Both the position numbers and the translations under genes were made by a program. A DNA stretch of 64,000 bases, taken from NCBI RefSeq assembly GCF_009914755.1, contig NC_060942.1. The stretch is one strand, 5' to 3'. Below the pieces are notes generated by a model. The model searched no databases. It saw only the letters and a program-made list of their open reading frames with translations, and was not told the origin of the DNA. This document shows positions 13,881 to 27,165 of this stretch, one piece after another; position 1 is the stretch's first letter; each line of letters opens with the position of its first letter. This stretch comes from the human T2T-CHM13v2.0 reference genome, Homo sapiens.

Positions 13881-15343
13881 TTATTCAACTCTATTTAAAA
13901 GTCACAATCCCTTTCCAAGAGGTTCTCAGGAGGAGGGTATTACTAACCTGGTGAACGTGAGATCACTAATCTTCTCCACACTCCAGTTTCTGCATCAGTA
14001 AAGTATCCAAGTCAGACACGATTTCCAAATTTGCTGCTATTGCAATGTCCTATCATTCTAGAACGGCGGGGAGCCAGGACACATCACCCTTCCACTCCTG
14101 ACAGTCTCCAAGTTTTCACACACAGTTTTGCAGCCACAGGTGGCTGGAGAAGCCTCCTCCGAAAGCTTGAGTTCCCAAGGTATTTAGAAAATTTTAAAGA
14201 GGTAGCACACTGTTTGTACATACACTTGTAAAACAATTATAACAACAAGCACAGCCGAAATCAAATGAGGGAGGTGGGGAGATCATCAAAATGTGCACAG
14301 AGAGAAATTTTGCACAGAGGGAAGAGGCTATTCTGTCAGTAAGGGTGTCTCTGGTGGTGCAGCTGAAAGAACTGGGCTGACCATCTACAGGTGCACACTG
14401 TGGGAATCATTGGGGGTGAAACCAGGAGGGGGTGTAATCACAGCTCTGAATCCACGTGAGGTTCATCCTCCAGCACGCTTACCCATCTGTTAGGCTGTGG
14501 CATATCTATTTGATTAGCGCTTTCTAAGAGCACAGGCTTTTCCCCTTTCTCCAAGAGCCGCTGTAGGAGAACCAATGATGAAAAGACAACAAAGACACGA
14601 AGAAGTTAACAAGGCATATGTACTTTGAAATGGAATCTCAGTCCTTTTCTCTTATTGACAACATTGATTCAATCTTTGTGTAAGGAGTTAAATTTATATG
14701 TGTGTCTGATCTATCTATCTATCTATCAATCATCTATCACCTTATAAAAATGGAAATTAAGCAAACTTTCAAGATCGGATTTTGTTAACTTCCTTTTCAT
14801 CAATGGTGCTTTTAAAAAACATTCGAGGACCTGTACTAAAAAAAAATTATTTGGCTCCAAATCAGGTGGCAAAATTGCCACACTTAATAATTTTAAGCTA
14901 ATTTTGAGTGCACTATGAATCACAGTGGTGTCACATAGCTTATTTCAATAAAACAACTGAGGGCAAACTAAGGTGCAGAGAATCACCGAGCTTTGTGTCT
15001 TAGTTCATCAATATTTGCACTTTCTGGAATTCTAAGGATAGCTACCAGAAATATATGTGTGCATTAGAATTACAATGGTTTAGGAAGTGTTGGAGAGAGA
15101 GTAGAGTATAGTTGGCTGAGCTATCACGAAGTTCTTATTTACTACCTATAAGCCCCATGTAGGTGATGGTGACTGTGCAACCTGCTTTAAAAAAAAAAAA
15201 AAAAGCAAAATAAAAGACACATTAAAAGATCAAATGCAATGTTATTTTAACCATCTGTGTTAAAGACACTGATACCCATTAGCAGAAATCTAGTTTCTCC
15301 TCTGTGGTGGTAATGACAAAATCTTTTTAAAAATCTGTCATAT

Positions 15344-15940
15344 ATTCATTCATTCATTCATTCATTCATTCATTTGATTACAATTTACCACTTGGTTATT
15401 GAGTGCCTACTACGTTTCAGGCATGACCTGAATCATTGATCACTTGAATGTAAAGACGAAGTTCTTTGCTTCAAGGATTTTATTATCTGGTAGGGAAAAT
15501 AAACATATTTTTCAGACCATTACATCATAATCTAATAAATGCTCAAGTGAAGAGGTGTATACGTTGGAGTAAAAGGGAAAGAAGAGAGAGTACTTGGGAC
15601 TGTGCTGGGGTTGGAGGAGGTCATGGAAAACTTTAATCCAATGTCACTTGGATTAATACTTCAAAGTGAGTGTTTCCAGGTGGTTGCATTTCAGAAATGG
15701 AGCTCACATGTCTGATAGAGGGATCACCATGTGCAAAGAAATGGCAGGGTGACAGCATGGGTCAAAATCACAGAATTTCAAATGGTTTGATATATACAAG
15801 AGAGAAGAGAGGGGACTGATAGGTAGGACACAAAAATTGAAGGAACTAGAATATCTTTCTAAAGAGTTCATATTTATATTACAGACTGTAGGAGCCTCTT
15901 GGATAATTCTGAGAAAAGAAATGAGTTTTAGAAAGACTAC
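15344..15940 (-). mobile_element. L2 (L2a-like) 3' part with (CATT)n tail; resumes at about 16820-16960
   Basis: (TTCA)n, then TTATTGAGTGCCTACTA..CAGGCA..TGCTTCAAGGA, CATGTGCAAAG and GTAGGAGCC..TTTTAGAAAGA. Confidence 0.75.
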
Positions 15941-16358
15941 TATATTAGTTTTCTAGTGTTGTAACAAAATACCCCAAATGCAGTGGCTTAAAATAGCAGA
16001 TATTTACTCTCTCACAATTTAGGCGGCCAGAACTCTGAAATCAAGGTGTTGTCAGGGTTGGTTCCTTCTTGGAGGAACCCTAGCTTCTTGTGGTTGCCAG
16101 CAACCCTTGAAGTTCCTTGACTTGTGCAAACATAACTACAAACTCTACCTCTGCCATCACATGGAATTCTCCCTGTGTGTCTCTGGCTCTGTGTCCAAAT
16201 TTCCCTCTTCTCGTAAGGATACCAGTCACATTGGAGTAGGGCCTACCTCAATCCATTATTAACTCATTTTAACTTGATTGCATCTGCAAATACCCTATTT
16301 TCAAATATGGCCACGTTCACAAGTAATGGGGATTGCATCTTTTGTTCAACCCATAACC
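15941..16358 (-). mobile_element. MaLR LTR, MLT1C-like
   Basis: TATTAGTTTTCTA..GTGGCTTAAAA..GAAATCAAGGTGTTG..TAACTTGATTGCATCTGCAAATACCCTATTTTCAAAT..TTCAACCCATAAC. Confidence 0.85.
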
Positions 16359-16366
16359 ACCACTAT

Positions 16367-16818
16367 TGAGGCAGGAAAATAGGATCTGGAGGCAGGGAAC
16401 CTAAGGCCTATTCATGCTGACTTCCTAGAACTGAATCAAGAGGAAAACCCCACCTCTCCACACCCAAGTAACAAAAGGATCAGAGGCTACTCCCTTTGCA
16501 CTGTGGTTGCAGATGAAACATGGCAAGCACCTCTGATTGGGTCCCTCCTGAAACCAATCAGACTAGTTTGCTGGCCAAGTACTTACGTGTAACTCTGTAA
16601 CTTCGTAACTTCACTTCAGCCTGTGATTGGTCACCTCCTGGTTGCAGGCCACTCCTTTATTTACACAGGGTATAACCAAGTAACCAATGGGAAACATCTA
16701 GAGGGTATTAAAACCCCAGAAAATGCTGTAACCAGTGGTCTTGAGCCACTCCCTTGAGCCACTCCCACTCTGTGGAGCGTGCTTTCATTTCAATAAATCT
16801 GTGCTTTCCTTGTACAAC
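16367..16818 (+). mobile_element. ERV1 solo LTR, MER51-like
   Basis: Starts TGAGGCAGGAAAATAGGATCTGGAGGCAGGGAACCTAAGGCC. Four CCAAT/ATTGG boxes and AATAAA at 16792. The 3' (U5) end looks shortened. Confidence 0.85.
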
Positions 16819-17239
16819 AAACTACTGGATAAATGAAGGGAAGGAAAGAATACAGTCAGGTATACCAGTGAGGAAGCTATTGTAGTTGTCTGGATAAGAA
16901 TTACTGAGAGTTTCAACTAAAACAAGAACCATAGGAATGTAAACATAGATATTTGGAGTTACAATCAAGAAGTCTTGATAATTAGTTTAACGTGCAGAAT
17001 AAGTAGAACAGTTATGCTTCTGGGTGTACCGGAGCCAAAAATAAATATTTGCCTTATCAAGACCCATTTTTTAAAATCCTCTATATTTACCACCCTATTA
17101 TAATCGGGGTTTTCTATTAAAATCTCCACTAATTGCATGATTCTCACATCCCTTTATTATCACCTTTCTTAAAAGGCACCTCCTCACTTGAGTTATCTTT
17201 CACCTTCCCTTTTATCCCTACAGTTTTTCACCCTGAATT

Positions 17240-17405
17240 AGTTCTCCTAAAACAGTGAAGTGCATAAAATCATCTGGGAAATTTGTTAAAATGCACATTT
17301 TTGTCCCACCTCCAAATATACTAAATAATTAATTCTAGAGTAGCAATCAGGAATTGACCTTAAAATCAAAATGCATATGGTCCCTAGTGACACTTGGAAA
17401 AACAA
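17240..17405. mobile_element. MER5-like hAT-Charlie DNA transposon remnant
   Basis: GTGCATAAAATCATCTGGGAAATTTGTTAAAATGCACATT..CCCACCTCCA. Confidence 0.65.
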
Positions 17406-17809
17406 TCACATCCTTTCAGTATTCGAGTGTGGCTCTCTCATTTTTCAAACACATGTATTATTTTTTCAGTCAACATGAGGACACTGGATAATGTCATTCA
17501 TTATAAGGAATTCAGTCAGTATTAATTCTGAGATATCATTCAGTTCTACTGAACTCTTATCTACTACAATGCCCAGTCTTACTTCCCAAATTTAATAGGT
17601 ATTGAGTCCAACACCCTCAACCTTTATCTTACCCTATCTTATTTAGTCTACAACATATACTTCAGGCTGTTTCAAGTAATGTTCAGCAATATAGGAGACT
17701 TTGGCAATTTGAGGTCTTGTCATCATAATTTCCCTCAATGGCTTTCCTCAAACATCATCATTGTCCTGAAACATATTTAACACATTGTTCTTCTTCAATA
17801 TTTAACATC

Positions 17810-18475
<666 letters not shown>

Positions 18476-18628
18476 CAGACCTGCTATTAACCTGCTTCTA
18501 TCTAAATCTATAGTGTCATTGATAACCTTTGTTAAGCACTTCTAGAAGACACTTTTCCATGTATATAGGATGCTTACATGCCTACAATCTAAATGTATAT
18601 ATAAACCTATATATAAAATGTGTATATA

Positions 18629-18907
18629 GGGTGAGCACAGCGGATCACGCCTGTTATCCCAGCACCTTGGGAGGCCGAGGCACATTGATCACTTGTGGTC
18701 AGGAGTTCGAGACCAGCCTGACCAACATGGTGAAACCCCGTCTCTACTAAAAATAAAAAAATTAGCCAGGCATGCAGTCCCAGCTACTCAGGAGGCTTGA
18801 GGCGGGATAAATGCTTGAACCTGGGAGGTGGAGGTTGCAGTGAGGTGAGATTGCACCACTGCACCCCAGCCTGGGTGACAGAGCAAGACTTTGTCTCAAA
18901 AAAAAAT
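18629..18907 (+). mobile_element. Alu (AluS-type)
   Basis: Alu dimer with a small internal deletion and an A tail. Confidence 0.94.
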
Positions 18908-18954
18908 CTATATCTATATATAAAATGATTTGATAATTGTATATTATTGTATGT

Positions 18955-19299
18955 AACATTTCAGTCTGTCAGGGCTGCTATAACTTAGACTTGGTAATTT
19001 ATAAACAACAGAAATTTATTTCTCATAGTTCTGGAGACTTGGAAGTCCAAAATCTAGGTGCCAGCAGATTTGGTGTCTGCTGATGGCCTCTCCCTCATAG
19101 GTGGCACCTTCTATGTGTCCTCACATGGGAGAGGTGAACAAGCTTCCTTGGGCCTCTTATGTAAGGCCACTACTCACATTTATGAGGGCACAGCCCTATG
19201 ACCTCATCACCTCCCAAGGCACCCCTCTTCATACTACCACACTGGTGATTAAACTTCAACAAATGAATTTTGTGAGGACACAAATTTAGATCATAGTAT
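18955..19299 (-). mobile_element. MaLR LTR, MLT1A0-like
   Basis: GGGCTGCTATAAC..AATTTATAAACAACAGAAATTTATTTCTCATAGTTCTGGAG..GGAAGTCCAA..TGAATTTTG..GACACAAA. Confidence 0.85.
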
Positions 19300-19384
19300 G
19301 TACCCACTGTCATACAAAACTGACGAATTACTAAACCTCAACAATAAAAGCAACTGTTGCTCTTACTAGATACTAGATTACTTG

Positions 19385-19530
19385 CATGTTTTATCTCTTT
19401 TTTTCTTCACAACAAACCTGCAGGTAGATTTCATGGTATTACAGACATGAATACTGAGAAGCATACACTCGCCAGGTTGAAATTCCTGCTAGAGTCAGCA
19501 CCTGAAAACAGATCTGTCTGCTTCCAACAT
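19385..19530 (-). mobile_element. MIR fragment
   Basis: CACAACAAACCTGCAGGTAG..TTACAGA..ACTGAG..GATCTGTCTG. Confidence 0.55.
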
Positions 19531-21002
19531 CATTTTTTATCCAGTAGATTATTTATCATCCACAGTTACGAGTGATAATCATGTAAATCCCAGTGTTCAT
19601 TCTCTAGCATGAGTGCCATGCAAACACAATTTCTTATTTATTCTGGGATGAAAAAGACTATTGCCAATAACATACTGATTGGCCAGCAATAGTTTCTGAA
19701 ATTTTAATTACAGACACAAAACGATGGAACATTCGTATCACTCAGTTGTATGTTTACAAAATCCCCAAGTCTCCTATAGCTATGCCAACATAGAAGTGTA
19801 ATTACTTTATTGTTACAAATAAAAATATCAGTAAGTTTCATGTTTTACAACAATATATGTTTTGATACGCGAATGTTGAATTCCTTTTTGCTATTTGACA
19901 ATAACCTTAAAATTGACTGATAGCTGGCTTCAAGCATTACATGGACCTGTTAAAACTGGTATTTAAAGAACAGATTTATTGTTTGCTGATGAGATATTTC
20001 CTTTTATGTGAGTGCAGTACCTAGTTGTTCATTTTTGACTTTTTGTCTAAGGTCAAATGCAGGATCAATTTAAAATTTTATAAGACCCTGTCCAAAACTC
20101 TTTCCTACTGCAACCATGATGATCTACAAGGCTGCTTCCATCTCTCATTTCAATATGTGAAAGTTCTATTAGAATTTGAGGTGACAAATTGCTTGCAGCA
20201 TGAAGCCGAAAAAAACAAATTAGAGAACTCCATAGCAGTGTTGTTAGGGTATTCTCCCTACCTATCAAATGGCAGAGTTTAAAATCAATTGGATTATATA
20301 AAATGCATTTTTCAGCTCCAGCTCATGTTTCTCCTTTTTATGAAAAGTAAGAAAACTGAATGCAGTATGGGTATGAAACAAGGCTAGAAATAAAAAATTG
20401 TTAAAGTATGAAGAACTGAAGACTTCATCTTTAAGATCAAACGTGTCAGAAATTTCTTAGTGCCATAGGTTCTGTGGCGGTTAACATGTATGGGAAATGC
20501 CTCCCTTTTATAAATGGGATGAAACTTTATGAAAATAAATGAGTCATATTTGCCAGTACACAAAGTAGGTACTATTATAACTAATGTACTTTTCACAGCA
20601 GCATTAACTCTTTGTAAGTAAATGGTTTTACCTTTTCTGTTTCTTTCACTCTCTTACTTTCTAAAGCCTAAGTTCCTGATTTTCTACTCTTCTTGCTCCT
20701 CCTACTCATTCACCCCACCCTGTTGTTGCCCTCGATCGCTCGCAAATCTTCAGCTCTGAAATCCTTATAGATTATCCACACAACTCCAACTCTAACTCTA
20801 CACTTTATTATTGGTCTCACTTCTCTTATTACCTGCTGCTCATGATTTCCTGGACTCCCTATGTTATGTGAAATTCAATACATCTAAAACCAACATTATT
20901 ATGTTTTACAAGATTAGTAGTTCTTCCAAGAGATCAGATGTTAGTCCTTTGTACCATTATGGTTCCAGTCTTCCAGTAATACCTGGGAGTCATACTTGAC
21001 TC

Positions 21003-21440
21003 TTTAATTGAAAATAATTGGTAAATATTGTCCATATTTACGGGGTACATGTGATATTTTGTTGGATGCATAGAATGTGTAATGATCAAGTCAGAGTATT
21101 TAGGGCATCCATTACCTCGAGCATTTATCATTTCTATGTGTAGGGAACACTTCAAGTCCTCTCTTCTAGTTACTTTGAAATATACAATACATTGTTGTTA
21201 ACTATAGTCCTTCTACTCTACTATCAAACATTAGAATGTATTCCTTCTATCTAAATGTATGGTGGTTAATGTTCTATCTAACTGTATGTTATCTAATTGT
21301 ATGAAGAGTGGATAGAACATTCAGTTAGATAGCATTAGCAAACCTCTCTTCATTCCCCCCTCCCAACACATCCACATCCTTTCAAGCCTCTGCTATCATT
21401 CTACTCTCTAACCCCATGAGATCAATTTTTAAAAATCTCC
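21003..21440 (-). mobile_element. L1MA (L1MA4/5-like) 3' end, flanked by degraded L2 sequence
   Basis: ATATTTACGGGGTACATGTGATATTT..ATGTGTAATGATCAAGTCAG..GCATTTATCATTTCTATGTG..TTTGAAATATACAATACATTGTTGTTAACTATAGTC. Confidence 0.85.
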
Positions 21441-22656
21441 CTTCTATATCAGTTATTAACTAAGCTTCATTGATTTTTTTAGTGTAAAGTCCTTCTCTCT
21501 TTCTTTCATTTTCAATATCACTAGCACGTTCCAAAGTTTCAACGTCTCTTATACAGATTATTGTTGTCATTTTTTCTTTATACTTTGGTTTTACCACTCC
21601 AACCCATTCTACATATTAGTTATATCTTTATCTTGTTGGAAAATATTACCTTGTTCCAAGTGCTCTCTTGCTGCAAAGTCATTAATGTCACTCTACTTCC
21701 TGATGATAAAGCTTACACTAACTATTAATACTTGACCTTACAAGTCTGTTAAAACTTCATTTCCTGGTTTTCTTTCTAACCTTGTGTTTCACTACTTCCC
21801 TACATCATTGTTAGTTGATTCATTATTTTCTGGACGTGTTATAAAGCAAAGACTTCATTTGTGTTATTTCCACTTTCTTGAATTATTTTTTCTTGTTTTC
21901 CATAAGGCCCCAGCTCCTGCAATCCTCCATAATGACCTATCTCCAGCCCCTCTGTGAATGATTCCTTATTTTTAACTTCTAACCCACTTACCATCTGTCA
22001 TAGGTCTACAGCATATGGAAGATCAATAACAATTTATATAAGCTTCTGTCTTTCCATGTGTGTTGTAATGCTCTTGAGAAAATGCCTTTTTCCCCCTGAT
22101 TATCTAACATAGTGTTCCATATTCTACATACAGTAATCTTAATAAATATTTTCTTGCTGTTGTTAAAGGTGACGATAAGGAAGATGCTGACTAAGCACAT
22201 GGCTATCATTAGAAACAATTTTATGGTACATGGTCTTGGGTCCCTTCCCTGCTCATCCCTCACATTTGGCCCCAACCTGAGTTGAACTTGGCATCACTTA
22301 AGATTTTAATAATCAGAAGAAAGAAGGGAGATATTCTTAGAAAATAAACCAGCATATGAAAAGGGAAGGGGGTACAGACAGTGATTGGCGAATGGAGAAT
22401 CAGCATGTTGTGAGTGGAGAATATTGTTCACTTAGAAGTCTGGCCAGATTGGAATTGAGTAATGAATATACTAAATGTAATGGCTCAAGACTGGAAACAA
22501 CCCAAATGTCCATCAGGTAGATAAAATAATTATATATTCATGCAGTGGAACACTGCATAGCCATGTAAAAGAGTAAACATAACAATATACCCAACATCAA
22601 TAAATCTTATAGACAAAAGTTATACACATTGTGTGGTTCCATTTCCGTTAAATTCA

Positions 22657-22980
<324 letters not shown>

Positions 22981-22984
22981 TTAA

Positions 22985-23436
<452 letters not shown>

Positions 23437-23879
23437 CTATACACTTAATATAATTTCTTTTTACTGTTGATTTTATCTTAATCAAGAAGCAAAACAAAAA
23501 AGAGAATGCAGTAAGAGATTACATTATATACCAGTAAAATATTATTGCCATTTGTCACTATTTTAAACAGAATTCAAACATTATTAGCAAATCCATAACT
23601 TAAAGTATAGCTCTTTTGTAGACTACATATACTCGAATGTAAGAATGAATACACCATTTTACGGCTAGAGTTCAAGATGGACTTGTCTTTCCCTAAATTT
23701 TCTACCACGAGCATATAAAACAATGAGACCCATACACATATGCCTCAGGAAATTTAATTACACTACAGTTATGGTAAAGTAGGATCACTAATGTTCCAGG
23801 GAATTAAATCTTTGATGATACCGAAGGACTTTTTATATCAGCATCATCATAATAAACACTCAATAAATGGTAGCCATTT

Positions 23880-24070
23880 TCTGCCAAGTACTGTGAAACA
23901 CATATTCTGAATACATTATCTCTTTTACCAATCACTAATGTTTTAAGTTTGCTACTACTATCTGTGTTTTAAACATAAGCTAAGTGAATTTGGGAAGTCA
24001 AGAAACTTTTCCATTAACACAAATGGTAGGTGGTAGAGCCAATATTCAAAATAGGTCTGTCTGAGGGCAA
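23880..24070 (-). mobile_element. MIR fragment
   Basis: TGCCAAGTACTGTG..ACATTATCTC..GGTAGAGCC..ATTCAAA..AGGTCTGTCTGA. Confidence 0.6.
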
Positions 24071-24363
24071 AACTTGTGTCCTGTTCATTACTGTTCTTTA
24101 CTGTCTCAAGACACTTAGAAATTAAATGTAAATGTGGATGAAAGTACTTTGGGAATAAATGTTGAAATAATAGTAATTTACATTTCTTTCCTACCTCTGC
24201 CCTTTTCACATAATAAAGAATAAAATATAGAATGAAAAGTCAGCTGTATTTAGGAAGAAAAGGACACACACAGTTAATGCATAACAGTTAAAAATTAGAG
24301 ACAATATTAAAGGGTGAACTTCAGTAAATTAGACACTGAAGGAAATTTTTAAAAGCGAAGTTT

Positions 24364-24485
24364 GGCTGGAAGTGTTGGATCACACCGATAATCCTAGTAT
24401 GTTGGGAGGCCAAGGCAGAGGATCACTGGAGCTCAGGTGCTTGGCATCAGCCTGGGCAGCATAGTAAGACCTGGTCTCTGCTAAA
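24364..24485 (+). mobile_element. Alu monomer (FLAM_C-like)
   Basis: Single arm: GGGAGGCCAAGGCAGAGGATCACTGGAGCTCAGG..CAGCCTGGGCAGCATAGTAAGACC. Confidence 0.85.
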
Positions 24486-24658
24486 TATATATATATATAT
24501 ATTTAACATAGATACACACACATATATGTATATATGTTATATATATTATATATAATATATGTGTGGACTATATATAATATATAATACAATATATAAATAA
24601 TATATTATATATTACATATAATGTATATTCCATATATATATGTGTGTGTATATATATG
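24485..24658. repeat. Interrupted (TA)n low-complexity tract
   Basis: About 170 bp of mostly TA/TATAA repeats following the FLAM tail. Confidence 0.9.
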
Positions 24659-25148
24659 GAAAGAAGATACAGCCCCCAAGGGGAGGGTCTGAGAAACAAA
24701 CAAAAAAGATAAACAAATAAATGTTTAAAATGTGGGTAAATATTTTACAAATATTTCTCAGAGCAAATGATGATTATGTTGAATTTGATAGTGAAAATAC
24801 AAGATAAAATAAAGATTCTAGATAACGATCACTTATAACATGGGGATAACTAGATTTAAAACATTGTATGATCATAATACTGTTTGGGAGAAGAGTAAAA
24901 ATGTTTAATATAATTAGATATATAAAGTATTAATATAAAGTGATAAACTAAAATAACAGAATAAGAGTACATAATTTCCAAAGTAAAGAGAGAAAATAAA
25001 CACAATAATAAAAAAAATCATAAAAATAACAAAAATAAAATGCAAAATGTCAGGAGAGAAATGAAGCCAAATACACCAATAACCATAATAAATACATATG
25101 GATTAAAATTGTCAATTGAAAGAACAAGATTATCACTATGGAAGAGAT

Positions 25149-25420
25149 TGTTAAATACTCACCAAGATCTGTTTCTCTGTCTTCTTGGGCCTGAAATGGC
25201 TCCACATCCCGTACTTCCTTAGGTATCTGTTATTGATTATGTTTTAGCCAATGAAATGTGAGAATAAGTACCTCTTCCAAGTCTTCTCTGTCAAAACTTC
25301 CCACATGGGTGCTTCCACACTCTTTTGTCTTCTACTATCTGTTACAAAAGACAAGAAAGCCCCTACAAAATGGCACTGTGGAGGACAGCCAGGACTCATG
25401 TATGAGGAAAACAAAAGATT
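25149..25420 (+). mobile_element. Old ERVL/MaLR LTR fragment (LTR16/LTR33-like)
   Basis: TTTTAGCCAATGAAATGTGAGAATAAGT motif in a locally GC-richer block. Confidence 0.45.
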
Positions 25421-25639
25421 CTATCACATCCATTATTATATGTATATATTATTACATGATATATTTATTATAGATAACATATATTATATGTGTGTGTACA
25501 CATACATAAAAATATATAACTATTCACCAAATTAAAATTATCCTAAGAATGAAGGAGGGATTTCAAAGTAGAAAACCTATTGAAAGTCTATTAAGATAAT
25601 TTCTCACATTAAGACATTAAAATAGGAGAAAATAGAAAA

Positions 25640-27165
25640 AAAAATGAGATTACCTAAAACCAAAAGCTTCTACACAGCAAATGCAACAATCAACAGCCTG
25701 CAGAATGGAAGAGAATATTTGCAAACGTCTTATAAGGGGTTAATATCCAAAGTATATTTAGGAACTCATACAAGTCAATAGCAAGAAAATAAATAACCTG
25801 ATTTTAAAATGGGCAAAGAATCTCAGTAGATAATTCTCAAAAGAATAAATAAAAATAATCAGCAAGTACACTATAAAAGCCACAAATCACTAATCATCAG
25901 GGAAATGCAAATTAAAACCACAATTAGATATCATCTCATACCCATTAGAATGGCTACTATCACAAAATCAAAAGCTAAGTGTTGGAGAGGATACAGAGGA
26001 AAAGGAAGCCTTGTACACTATTGGTGAGAATGTAAATTAGTAGAGAAACTATAGAAAAAGCATAGAAGTTCCTCAAAAAGTCAGTAAGAGAACTACTGTA
26101 CAGTCCAGCAATCCCTCATCTGGATATATGCCCAAAGGAAATAAAATCAGTATGTTGAAGAGATAGCAACACTCCCATGTTAGTTACAACACTATTCACA
26201 ATAGCCAAGATACGGAATCAACCTAAGTATCCATCAACAGATGAATGGATAGAGAGAGTGTTGTATATATACACAATGAAATACCATTTGGCCTTAAAAA
26301 GGAAAGAAATACTGTCATTTGATACAACATGAATGAACTTGTAAGACATTATTCTAAGCAAAATAAGCCAGGCACAGAAAGACAAACACTGCATGATCTC
26401 ACTTACACTGATGCTCCCCAACTTAAGGTGGGATTATGTCCTGATAAACCCTGTGTTAAGTTGAAAATACCATAAGTCAAAAAAGCATTTAATACACCTA
26501 ACTTGCCAAACATTATAGTTTAGCCTAGTCTACCTTAAATGTTACATTAGCCTACATCTGGGAAAAATCATCTAACAAAGCCTATTTTATAAGAAAGTAT
26601 TGAATATCACATTTAATTTATTGAATACTATACTGAAAGTGAAACAAGGAATGGTTGTATGGATACTCAAAGTACAATAGGACTCTAACTGAATGTGTAT
26701 CCTTTTTGCAGCATCATCTTAAAGTCAAAAAACAGTAAGTCAACGTGTTGTAAACCAGGCAATGTCTGTATGTGGAATCTAAGAAAGTTGAACTCTTAGA
26801 AGCAAAGATTAGAGTGATGGTGACCAGGTCTGGGGCTGTAGGAGGGAAGATGTTGGTTAAGGAATACAAAATTTCAGCTAGATAGGAGGAAAAAGCTTAA
26901 GAGTCCTATTGTACAAGATGGTCACTATAGTTAATAACAATGTATTGTATTTCTGAAAATTGCCAAGGGAATAGATTTTAAGTGTTCTCACTACAAAAAA
27001 TGATAAGTATGTTAGGTAATGCATGTGTTACTTAGTTTGATTTATCCATCCCACAATGTATACATATTTCAAAATAACCATGCTATACACAATAAATATA
27101 TACACAATAAATATATTTGTCATACATATAAACTGAGGAATTTTTCAATTAAAATAAATAATTTT
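25640..27165 (+). mobile_element. L1MA-type ORF2 3' region and 3' UTR (interrupted by MER47A)
   Basis: AAAAGCTTCTACACAGCAA; ATCATCAGGGAAATGCAAATTAAAACCAC; TCACAATAGCCAAGATA.GGAATCAACCTAAGT; ACTATAGTTAATAACAATGTATTGTA. Confidence 0.9.
26406..26768. mobile_element. MER47A-like TcMar-Tigger MITE, near full length
   Basis: GATGCTCCCCAACTTA..GATAAACCC..AAGTTGAAAATA..GCATTTAATACACCTAAC..GTCTG. TA TSD at 26404-26405 and 26769-26770. L1 sequence CACTTA|TGTGGAATCT rejoins across it. Confidence 0.88.

Noticed and set aside
14130-14147. CTCF-like motif GCCACAGGTGGCTG (also ACTAGGGGCAC near 58481)
   Set aside because: Each has wrong spacing or several mismatches to the CCASYAGRKGGCRS core, so neither is supportable from sequence alone.
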